A stretch of DNA of 18,445 nucleotides. Source: Oligoflexus sp. GTDB lineage: Bacteria; Bdellovibrionota_B; Oligoflexia; Oligoflexales; Oligoflexaceae. Numbering within the stretch: the stretch's first letter is position 1; each line of letters begins with the position of its first letter. This document shows positions 1 through 7,186 of the stretch, one piece after another. Location of the stretch: positions 1 through 18,445 of the forward strand of contig JBGSTX010000011.1 in assembly GCA_041736305.1 (NCBI GenBank), written 5' to 3'. Made by a program: the position numbers and the translations under genes. Under the pieces are notes generated by a model, which saw only the letters and a program-made list of their open reading frames with translations, searched no databases and was not told the DNA's origin.

Positions 1-90
1 AAACAAAAGTATCTTGCGCCGGTTTCAATGAAGTTTATGAGTGGAAAATTTCTGCGCTGTAGTAGGACGAAGCCGCAAGTCGCAAGTAGC

Positions 91-282
91 GCGGGGCAGC
101 CCCGCTCGGCAGAATATTGCCGAAGCATGGCACCAAGAGAGTCAATCTCGACGGTGATTTCCACCTCCTATCGTGAGACAGTCCGGGTGGAAGACATGGA
201 CCAAACCCCGAGAGCGGGGTATGTCAGGAAAAAGCCAAATTCCGAAAAAGTCTTAGGACTTTGAAGTTTTGGATTTTTCGGA
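91..282 (+). ncRNA. Candidate structured non-coding RNA (unassigned family)
   Basis: Six hairpins, the first five nearly abutting: 91-105, 106-123, 131-156, 159-192, 193-225, 241-282. Possible C(GUGA)G and C(GAGA)G tetraloops on the + strand. No convincing ORF. Family not recognised. Confidence 0.35.
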
Positions 283-289
283 CAGGCTG

Positions 290-1363
290 TTAGACCGCTA
301 GTTCATCGAGGTCGGCGAGACTCTCTTCGACTTTCTCAGGCTCTTCGAAGGTCGCGATATGGAAGAGGGCATCTCCCTCATGGACAACGGGAAGTTGCGT
401 CGCTCCGATAACAATACCGGCAACGCGGGCTTTTACGGTTTCGACCTCATCTCCGTAAGGATCTGAGATAACAGCTATAACTTCGTCATTGTGGACCAAA
501 GCACCAATCTTGCTCAGCATGCGGATGATGCCGCTGCGCGTCGCTCGAATCCAGTAGCTGCTCTTAGCGATGAAGGGCTTCTCGCGATGACGCGGAGGAC
601 GCGTCTGACGCCGCTGAGGGTCGAGCATACCGATCTCGGTCATGACCGAAACTATCCCGTGCAGGGCGATACGAATCGCTGATTCCTCAAAACGCAGCGC
701 CTCCCCTCCTTCGTAGAGCAGCATGGGAATATTGCGCTCGCTTCCTGCCTGACGCAAGGAACCGTCGGGAACGTTGGAACGGATGATCACAGGAATTCCA
801 AAAGCTTCGGCGAGCCGCAGGGTCTCTGGATCATCGATATCGGCTCGAATCTGCGGCAGGTTGCGCCGATGCACAGCTCCCGTATGGAGATCGACCCCGT
901 GGCTGGCTTTCGAAACAATCTCACTCATGAAAACGTGAGCTAAACGCGAAGCCAAGGATCCAGTCGGCGAACCGGGAAAGCAGCGATTGAGGTCGCGCCT
1001 GTCGGGTAGATAGCGGGAGAGACTGTTAAAGCCGAAGACGTTGACAATAGGGATGACGAGCAGAGTGCCAGCAATGTCCTTCAAATGGCGGAGATCGAGC
1101 AATCGTTTGCAGATCTCGACGCCGTTGAGTTCATCACCGTGAATCGCGGCTGAGACGAAGAAAGTCGGACCCGCCTGCCGTCCCCTGATGACTTCGACCG
1201 GAATGTTGATATCGGTGTTGTCGTAGAGCTTGCCGATTTTCAGTAGGATTTTTTTGCGTTCGCCCCGAACAATCGTTTGATCGGCTAGCTGGAAATTATC
1301 CTCATCCAGATGCCGGGGCCGTGGGTGCTCCTTGCCCCGGTCCTTGCTTGATTTCGCTTTCAA
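290..1363 (-). CDS. Succinylglutamate desuccinylase/aspartoacylase (AstE/AspA, M14-like) family zinc hydrolase
   Basis: Motifs AAIHGDELNG, RDLNRCFPG, DLHTG, YEGGE and a C-terminal biotinyl-like domain. Start moved to TTG at 1363 because AAGGA lies just upstream; the ORF track starts at 1429. Confidence 0.92.
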   Translation of the reverse strand: MKAKSSKDRGKEHPRPRHLDEDNFQLADQTIVRGERKKILLKIGKLYDNTDINIPVEVIRGRQAGPTFFVSAAIHGDELNGVEICKRLLDLRHLKDIAGTLLVIPIVNVFGFNSLSRYLPDRRDLNRCFPGSPTGSLASRLAHVFMSEIVSKASHGVDLHTGAVHRRNLPQIRADIDDPETLRLAEAFGIPVIIRSNVPDGSLRQAGSERNIPMLLYEGGEALRFEESAIRIALHGIVSVMTEIGMLDPQRRQTRPPRHREKPFIAKSSYWIRATRSGIIRMLSKIGALVHNDEVIAVISDPYGDEVETVKARVAGIVIGATQLPVVHEGDALFHIATFEEPEKVEESLADLDELAV

Positions 1364-1491
1364 GATATTCCTTCTGCTCAAGCACGCTAGCTCAAGCAAG
1401 TGAACGTAGAGTAGAGGTACTGCATGCATAATCTAAGATTAGCTGAAATTCAGGCATTCGTCTGTCTGAAAGCGGGGGAAAAATCGCGGCT

Positions 1492-2847
1492 TTAAAGACT
1501 CAATTCGATGCCCAAGCGGGCACCAGCTTCTTCAAAATGACTGGATGCATCATTTTCTGAGGCTTTGGTCAGGCGCTGGTAGAGGGAAAGATAAGGACGC
1601 AGGCCGCCTTTTTTCTTAGAAAATACCCATGCCGGCCAGGGCAGTGACCAGTTCAGCATGGCTTCGTTGCTGCCACTCTTGAAGTAGCGCAGCTCGGTTT
1701 CCAAGCGCCAAGGGAAATAGACGAAGGAGAGCTGGGCTCCGATGTCGCCCTTAGCCTGGTTATCTTTATCGATAGGGAGCTGCAAGAAGGCGAAAGCTGG
1801 TCCTAGGTAAAGACTGAGGTTTTCACGGCGCGTTTCTAGATTCAAGACATCCACGCCCGCAGCTCCTGAGAGTCGCACGCGCTTTTGAACTTCAGCCGGC
1901 TCTGAAGTACCGCCGACTTCGTAGCTTGTTTTCGTGGCATGAGTGTCTATATCGAGGCTAAGTCGAAGAGTCGGCTGCACAAAGTAGCTGCCACCGGCTC
2001 CACTGCCGATACCGCCGCTTTTCGGACTGGCATAGCGATCCAATCGATCCACACTAAACGATTCGTTAAACTTTTTGACAAAGGCGTAGACGCGATGAGG
2101 CCTACGCAAGGGCTTGACGTCTGCGGCACCGGCGGTCGTCGAGCTTTTCCATCCGCTTCTTTCGCTCCCTTTGAGCAGGTCTTTATATTCAGGTTCGGAG
2201 CTCACTTGATCGTCGTCCGCCGCAAATGGGTCTATTTGCAGTGTTGAAGAGCGGGCAGCTGAAGCCGCTGGCTTCGGCGGAGGTTCGGCAGCGATGAGCT
2301 GGAGGTCTTGCACAGGCAGGCTTCCCGCTTTTCCCGGGATCACCGTGGAAACCCGCATCATCCAGGGCACGCCCCGACCGCCGAGATAAGCCTGTGGCAC
2401 GGAGCTGAGGACCCAGGTTTTCTTCAAATCGGCACGACTAAAACTCAGGCGATAGCTCGCTTGAGCGTCGACAGCTTTCCAGGTCACCTTGAAGAGTTGA
2501 CCCGACGGTGGTGGCTCGAGCGCTATGATGATAGTTTCGCGTTGAATTTCTTGGCCGTGTTGAAGAGTACGGAAAAAATAGCGCCCGCTCTTATCGATCG
2601 TGATGGGATAGCTGGTCTGTTGACCTATCCGCAGCTGCACGACTAGCTGTTTGAATTCGCTATCGCTTGCGACTTCGAGCCGGTCAGCGCTCTGTCCGGA
2701 AAGTCCGACGTCGAGAAAGAAAGGTACGGCTTCGGCACGAGGAACGTTGAGGCAGCCCAGCATGAACAACAAAGCAGCGGCTAGCCATAGGCCTTGGCAG
2801 CTGGTTTGATGCTTTGACAAGCTAGCTTGCACGATCGCTTTCCTCAC
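1492..2847 (-). CDS. Hypothetical exported/outer-membrane protein (N-terminal beta-sandwich-like region, Pro/Ala linker, probable C-terminal beta-barrel)
   Basis: 451 aa ORF. Signal-like segment ends ...PRAEA. LEVASDSEFKQLV...GRYFFR resembles Fn3-like modules. EPPPKPAASAA linker. Alternating hydrophobic strands end ARLGIELSL. Confidence 0.7.
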   Translation of the reverse strand: MRKAIVQASLSKHQTSCQGLWLAAALLFMLGCLNVPRAEAVPFFLDVGLSGQSADRLEVASDSEFKQLVVQLRIGQQTSYPITIDKSGRYFFRTLQHGQEIQRETIIIALEPPPSGQLFKVTWKAVDAQASYRLSFSRADLKKTWVLSSVPQAYLGGRGVPWMMRVSTVIPGKAGSLPVQDLQLIAAEPPPKPAASAARSSTLQIDPFAADDDQVSSEPEYKDLLKGSERSGWKSSTTAGAADVKPLRRPHRVYAFVKKFNESFSVDRLDRYASPKSGGIGSGAGGSYFVQPTLRLSLDIDTHATKTSYEVGGTSEPAEVQKRVRLSGAAGVDVLNLETRRENLSLYLGPAFAFLQLPIDKDNQAKGDIGAQLSFVYFPWRLETELRYFKSGSNEAMLNWSLPWPAWVFSKKKGGLRPYLSLYQRLTKASENDASSHFEEAGARLGIELSL

Positions 2848-2867
2848 TTATAGAATGGGCTCACTCT

Positions 2868-2897
2868 TGATCGGTTAAATTGAGAGTCTCTAGAGCC
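2868..2897 (-). promoter_or_regulatory. Putative sigma28 (FliA)-type promoter for the 1492-2847 gene
   Basis: Minus strand reads GGC-TCTA-N15-ACCGATCA, versus the canonical TAAA-N15-GCCGATAA. It lies 20 nt upstream of the GTG start and has the same architecture as 4959-4988. Confidence 0.5.
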
Positions 2898-2925
2898 CAA
2901 TCGACCTGAGGAGCCTTGGTCTTTC

Positions 2926-3549
2926 ATGAAATCCATCGCGATCTACTATAGAGTATCGACCGATAAACAAGACCTTGAAAGTCAAAAGCATACTGTTGAA
3001 GCCTGGCTCGAGCGGCTCGATCCGAGCAAACGGCCCAAGCGCGTGTTGATTTTCGAAGATGAGGGCCTCAGCGGAACCGACCGCACGCGACCTGGGTATC
3101 TCGCCCTACTCGAAGCCGCCTATGCCCAAAAGGTCGACACCATAGTGGTTTACCGACTCGATCGATTTAGCCGCAATGCCTCCGAGGCCATCCAGGTTCT
3201 GCTCTCACTCGACGAGGTGGGGGTTGGTTTTATATCGGTGACGCAGCCGGTCCTGAATCTAGGGCATGAGAATCCCTTTCGCCGAACCATGCTCGCTGCG
3301 TTTGCCGAGATAGCGGAGATTGAAAGACAGACTATAGTCACGAGGGTGAAAGCCGGCTTGGAGGCGGCGCGGCAGCGAGGTGTTAAACTCGGCAAGCCCA
3401 GCAAAGATAGTGAAGAGCTGCGCGCTCAGATCCGTGAGCGGCGGGCTGCTGGTGCAAGCGTCAGAGCTATCGCCAGCGAACTTGATTTGAGCTACGGCCT
3501 GATTCAGCGGCTAGCCAGTGAGATGGAAAAGGCCAGTAGCGGAGCTTAA
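2926..3549 (+). CDS. Small serine recombinase (resolvase/invertase family) with C-terminal HTH
   Basis: YYRVSTDKQ with catalytic Ser, EGLSG, RPG, VYRLDRFSRN, ERQTIVTRVKAGLEAARQRGVKLGKP, and HTH SVRAIASELDLSYGLI. GAGGAG RBS upstream. Confidence 0.95.
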   Translation: MKSIAIYYRVSTDKQDLESQKHTVEAWLERLDPSKRPKRVLIFEDEGLSGTDRTRPGYLALLEAAYAQKVDTIVVYRLDRFSRNASEAIQVLLSLDEVGVGFISVTQPVLNLGHENPFRRTMLAAFAEIAEIERQTIVTRVKAGLEAARQRGVKLGKPSKDSEELRAQIRERRAAGASVRAIASELDLSYGLIQRLASEMEKASSGA

Positions 3550-4094
3550 AAAAGGAGGACCGGCGCGATCGCGGCTTCTGGCTCGAGACCCGAAATGTGC
3601 CGACGAACCACTTCCCGCTCGGATGCCATGGTGGTCACCTGCATCAGGGCTTTGCCGAAGTTCTGCAGGTCTTCTTCAGACGCCGGCTTCGCCCCAAAGG
3701 CTTGCCTTTGTTGTGCCCAGACCTCTAGCATCCGGCTCATATTATCGAAATTCTGCCGCATTCTATCTTGGAACTGCAAAGATTCGATGATGGGCCCGAT
3801 GAGCGAGTTGGTTTCCTCATGCTCGCTGGTGAGCGTTACCAAACTCTTGATCAGCTCGGCAGCGGGAGCTTTCTTCTTGTCGAAAGTCTGCTGCTCTATG
3901 GCTTTCCGCAGACCCTGCAGAACCTTGAGGCTCTCCTGCGAGATAGCGGTCACGCGCGTAGCATTATCGAGAAGGAGTCCAACAGTTTGGCTAACGCGCC
4001 CCGTTGCCTGCTCAGATTCTATTGCGCACCACTTCAAACTAGCCGCGGTGAAAAGTCGCAAGCGTTCGGTCAATTGCTCTTGAGACATGGTCAT
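3546..4094 (-). CDS. CheZ-like / MCP C-terminal-like helical chemotaxis-associated protein
   Basis: IIESLQFQDRMRQ matches the FQD-x3-Q pattern. TTMASERE motif and C-terminal ...VLLF. GAGG RBS. Stop overlaps the recombinase stop (TTAA). Confidence 0.65.
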   Translation of the reverse strand: MTMSQEQLTERLRLFTAASLKWCAIESEQATGRVSQTVGLLLDNATRVTAISQESLKVLQGLRKAIEQQTFDKKKAPAAELIKSLVTLTSEHEETNSLIGPIIESLQFQDRMRQNFDNMSRMLEVWAQQRQAFGAKPASEEDLQNFGKALMQVTTMASEREVVRRHISGLEPEAAIAPVLLF

Positions 4095-4117
4095 AGAAAA
4101 AGGCCTCTCTCAGTATT

Positions 4118-4786
4118 TTAGAACTCGATGAAAACGCTGCGCTGGTCCTGGCCTTCAGGGGCCTTCTCGTGCAGAACATGCTCGTAGAAAGCAGCCGTTT
4201 CCTCCACCGAAGTCATACCAGCCGCCATCGTGCGGGCAGCATCTGTATAGTCGCGAGGTGGAGGATTCTGATGGACGAGTTCTTTGACTTTGTTCCAGAC
4301 GCTGAATATATGCTGAAGTCTCTGATTCACAGCGTCCTCAAACTGCATCGAAGCCAGCGCCGGAATCAGCTGTTCGCGGATACCGTTGTCGAGAGTAATC
4401 AATCCCTCGAGCTGCTTTTGCACACCAGCCAGGCTCAAGCGCTGGCTTTTCATTTCATCGTTTTTGTCGATTTCAATATCAGTGCTGATTTCTTTACCTG
4501 CAGCGATTTGTGTCTGGAGATAGCTGACCATGTCGTCGACGGCAGCATTGACTTCATCTTTTTTGGACTGGATAGTACCTTGATTGAAATACATGTCATA
4601 GAACTGGCGCAGGGTGTCGAAGGCATCGCGCTCTAGATAGTTCGAGGAAAGAGCCATCGTCGAGCTCGTGCAGGCTACCGCACCAGCTAGAGCTTCTTTA
4701 CCGAGCTGCTCAAAGATTGAGAGAAAAGTCTGGTCGAAGTCTTCAAGAGTATAGGTCGCACGGAGCTTCTGAGCTGGACTGGACAT
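4118..4786 (-). CDS. CheZ-like / MCP C-terminal-like helical protein (paralog of 3546-4094)
   Basis: ALASMQFEDAVNQRLQHI (D-x3-Q), MTSVEE, C-terminal VFIEF. AGGA RBS. 23-nt gap to the next gene. Confidence 0.65.
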   Translation of the reverse strand: MSSPAQKLRATYTLEDFDQTFLSIFEQLGKEALAGAVACTSSTMALSSNYLERDAFDTLRQFYDMYFNQGTIQSKKDEVNAAVDDMVSYLQTQIAAGKEISTDIEIDKNDEMKSQRLSLAGVQKQLEGLITLDNGIREQLIPALASMQFEDAVNQRLQHIFSVWNKVKELVHQNPPPRDYTDAARTMAAGMTSVEETAAFYEHVLHEKAPEGQDQRSVFIEF

Positions 4787-4958
4787 GATGGTCTATTCCT
4801 GCGTTGTAGATATCGCGGCGCGTCATTGATATAGGATATCACAAAACATTATTTCTGAGAAAAACTCGGCCGGAGGACAGCAGCGGGCCTGAGCGAGGCT
4901 CTAGAAATTGACTGAAATAAAATATTTTTGTAGGAATTTCCGCAGACTAAAAAATTCC

Positions 4959-4988
4959 GGCTCAAGTAAAAAGAGCTCTTACCGATTA
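4959..4988 (+). promoter_or_regulatory. Putative sigma28 (FliA)-type promoter
   Basis: GGC-TCAA(4962-4965)-N15-ACCGATTA(4981-4988), which is canonical sigma28 spacing. Confidence 0.6.
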
Positions 4989-4994
4989 AATATA

Positions 4995-5097
4995 TGATTG
5001 TGGACAGCAGGCTAGCTTGGTGTCCTGATGCTAGAAGATAACTGATACCGTTTCAGTCCCCCTCCGTCTCTGTCCTTTGGGACAGAGATTTTTTTTT
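4995..5097 (+). ncRNA. Candidate ~100-nt small RNA
   Basis: Bounded by the sigma28-like promoter and a + strand intrinsic terminator, while both flanking genes are on the - strand. Hairpins GGACA..TGTCC and ACTGA..TCAGT. TCCCCCTCC at 5057-5065. Confidence 0.6.
5066..5097 (+). terminator. Rho-independent terminator (+ orientation)
   Basis: GTCTCTGTCC-TTTG-GGACAGAGAT stem running into a 9-T tract (5089-5097). The - strand has no U-tract after the stem. Confidence 0.85.
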
Positions 5098-5115
5098 GCC
5101 GAGGTCGCAGCAGTT

Positions 5116-6027
5116 TCAGTATCTTGCTTCGCCTAGCTGGCCCATCAGATAGGCCACCCATTCGTCGTTGGGGTCAGCTTCTTGCAGCCCCTGGAGCATC
5201 CCGCGGGCCTCCTCTGTCTGCCCCCTCTCCATCAAAAGACTGGCCATACGGATCTTGGCTGCCCGTAGTTGAGCCGGCTTATAAGGACCATCGATGACGG
5301 CCGCAAATTCCTCTAGAGCTTCATCGCCTCGGCCAGCCGACCACATAGATTCGGCCAGGGTCTCCCGCACGTCGTAAGCCTGGTATCCCGCTTCGTAGAC
5401 CGTGCGATGCAGGACTTCGGCAGCCTCGACCGGGCGGTTGAGCTCTAAGAGGATAGACCCAACCCCAAAACTTACATAAGGACTGTCGTTGGGCAGAGAA
5501 CGCATAAAGTTCAGTCCCTCTTCCCAGCTGCGGCCGTCCTGATAGATCCGCAAGAGTTCGTGCACCACTACTTCGTTCTGGGTATTAATCGTAAGAGCCT
5601 GCTCAAGGTAGGGTCTAGCCGCGGCGCTGTCCTGCTTATCGAGCATTTGTATCATGGCCATTTCAATCAGGGCAGCTTCGCTCTGGGGATTTTGCTTCAG
5701 GTACGCAGTCAAAACCTTTTCGGCCTCTGACCAGCGATTCTGGTCGACTAGGGCGCGGGCATTGAGGACAGACTCTGAGGCAGCGGCTCCGGAATCAGAA
5801 GCTCGGGTGCGCGAGCGATTCATTGGGGAAGAGGTGCCTGTAGGATTCGGGGCAGCTTCGGGACTGGCTTTTTTTGCCTGAGGCAGCGGGCTCGGCTGCT
5901 GCCACCAAGCATCGGCTTTGGGATCGCCTGCAGATAATTTGAGGACAACTCCTGCGATAATCAGGAGGATGATGAGGATGCCCGTCGAACGGAAGAGGTC
6001 CGAACTAGCTTTTAACTTTGGTATCAT
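5116..6027 (-). CDS. Membrane-anchored tetratricopeptide repeat protein
   Basis: N-terminal TM GILIILLIIAGVVL and a Pro/Ser linker. TPR helices such as WSEAEKVLTAYLKQNPQS, AAARPYLEQALTINTQN and TEEARGMLQGLQEADPND. AGGAG RBS. Confidence 0.85.
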   Translation of the reverse strand: MIPKLKASSDLFRSTGILIILLIIAGVVLKLSAGDPKADAWWQQPSPLPQAKKASPEAAPNPTGTSSPMNRSRTRASDSGAAASESVLNARALVDQNRWSEAEKVLTAYLKQNPQSEAALIEMAMIQMLDKQDSAAARPYLEQALTINTQNEVVVHELLRIYQDGRSWEEGLNFMRSLPNDSPYVSFGVGSILLELNRPVEAAEVLHRTVYEAGYQAYDVRETLAESMWSAGRGDEALEEFAAVIDGPYKPAQLRAAKIRMASLLMERGQTEEARGMLQGLQEADPNDEWVAYLMGQLGEARY

Positions 6028-6115
6028 CTGATAGATCTCCTGAAAGCGAGGGCATCATTAGATCTAGACTAAGCTCAGGCACCTTGTATAGCTGCCATTT
6101 TGAATAGAAGCCAGC

Positions 6116-7186
6116 TCAAAGACCAGCCATCCTCTGCTTGCCACCATTCGTATTTTTACCTGTCTTTTCAATATGTTTCGGACGACGATGCGCAGTGCGA
6201 GGCAAGTAGCGCCAGAAGCTATCGATAGTGAGTAGACCGAGCGCTAGAGCAGTGAACCACATGTGCCGTTCGATCCAGAGCTTCTCCCGCGTACTGTAGC
6301 TCCTTTCCTTGAGATCGGGTCTCACTTCTTCAGCGTAAATGCGATCCAGATCGAAATCTCCGGTTTCAGAACGCACATAAACGCCCTCGCCGACTCTTGC
6401 CAGCTCCTTCAGCATACCCTCGTTCAGCTGTGAAACCACCAAATTACCGGACTGATCCTTTAAAAATCCACCCTCTGCCAAAGGTAGCGGAGCACCCTGA
6501 CCCCCGACTCCTATCGCATGAATTTTTATACCTTTTTTAACGAGCCTTTCGGCCGTATCCAAAGCTTCTCCTTCATGGTCTTCGCCATCCGAAATAAGAA
6601 TGATGGCCCGGCCCTGGGTCTCATTTTCAGAACCCTGATCGAGGGCTCGCCCAGCTTCGACCAGCGCAGCGTTCACGGAGGTCCCCTGCCGCGGTAGACT
6701 GTCGACGCCAGCTTGATCTAGAAATAATTCAAAAGAATCCAGATCATTGGTTAGCGGGCACTGGATGAAAGCTACTCCTGAAAAGAGGACGAGCGCCATG
6801 CGATCACCCTTAGATAAGGCCAGCAGATCTTTGATCTCTCGCTTGGCCCGCTCGAGCCGACTGGGATCGATATCGGTAGCCGTCATGCTCCGGGACACAT
6901 CGAGCGCTATAACGAGGTCGGCCCCGTTGCGTTTGACGTCTTGCCACTCGAAGCTCCAACGCGGTTCGGCTGCGGCGACGGTGATGCTGACCAAAGCCAG
7001 GATACGCAGCAGAAATTGGGGACTGCTCAACGCCGTGCCCGGCGGGCGGCGTGCATGGCTCTGAGGTTTTTCAGGTAACCACTGTTTGAGGCGCCAGCGA
7101 TAACGTTTATCGGCTTTTAAAGTGAAGACAATATAAGGCACAAGTAAAAGAAGGAAGAGCAGGCAGACAGGCTTCGCGAAGTTCAT
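6116..7186 (-). CDS. batB: vWA domain protein, BatB-like
   Basis: MIDAS DVSRSM, PSRLERAK, GDRMALVLF, QCPLTND, LISDGEDH, N- and C-terminal TMs. The ATG at 7186 overlaps the batA stop (ATGA); the ORF track starts at 7297. Confidence 0.85.
   Translation of the reverse strand: MNFAKPVCLLFLLLLVPYIVFTLKADKRYRWRLKQWLPEKPQSHARRPPGTALSSPQFLLRILALVSITVAAAEPRWSFEWQDVKRNGADLVIALDVSRSMTATDIDPSRLERAKREIKDLLALSKGDRMALVLFSGVAFIQCPLTNDLDSFELFLDQAGVDSLPRQGTSVNAALVEAGRALDQGSENETQGRAIILISDGEDHEGEALDTAERLVKKGIKIHAIGVGGQGAPLPLAEGGFLKDQSGNLVVSQLNEGMLKELARVGEGVYVRSETGDFDLDRIYAEEVRPDLKERSYSTREKLWIERHMWFTALALGLLTIDSFWRYLPRTAHRRPKHIEKTGKNTNGGKQRMAGL

Noticed and set aside
196-240. Resemblance of CAAACCCCGAGAGCGGGG...AAAGCC to a c-di-GMP-I riboswitch
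   Set aside because: It lacks the conserved GGCAAA and GACGCAAAG elements and a proper P3, and no gene lies downstream on that strand.
28-264. 78-aa + strand ORF
   Set aside because: No RBS or recognisable motif; it coincides with the hairpin-rich region, which is better explained as RNA structure.
1376-1398. Direct repeat GCTCAAGCA x2 upstream of the AstE-like gene
   Set aside because: It resembles the sigma28 -35 box but there is no CCGAT at the right spacing; two 9-mers are too little to call.
4222-4237. 16-mer CCGCCATCGTGCGGGC identical to 13981-13996
   Set aside because: One copy is inside a CDS and the other is a terminator stem. There is no flanking similarity, and a GC-rich 16-mer match in 18 kb is plausible by chance. 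It is not a credible att site or target duplication.
4875-4883. GGACAGCAG repeated at 5002-5010
   Set aside because: Only 9 nt and two copies, with no array structure.
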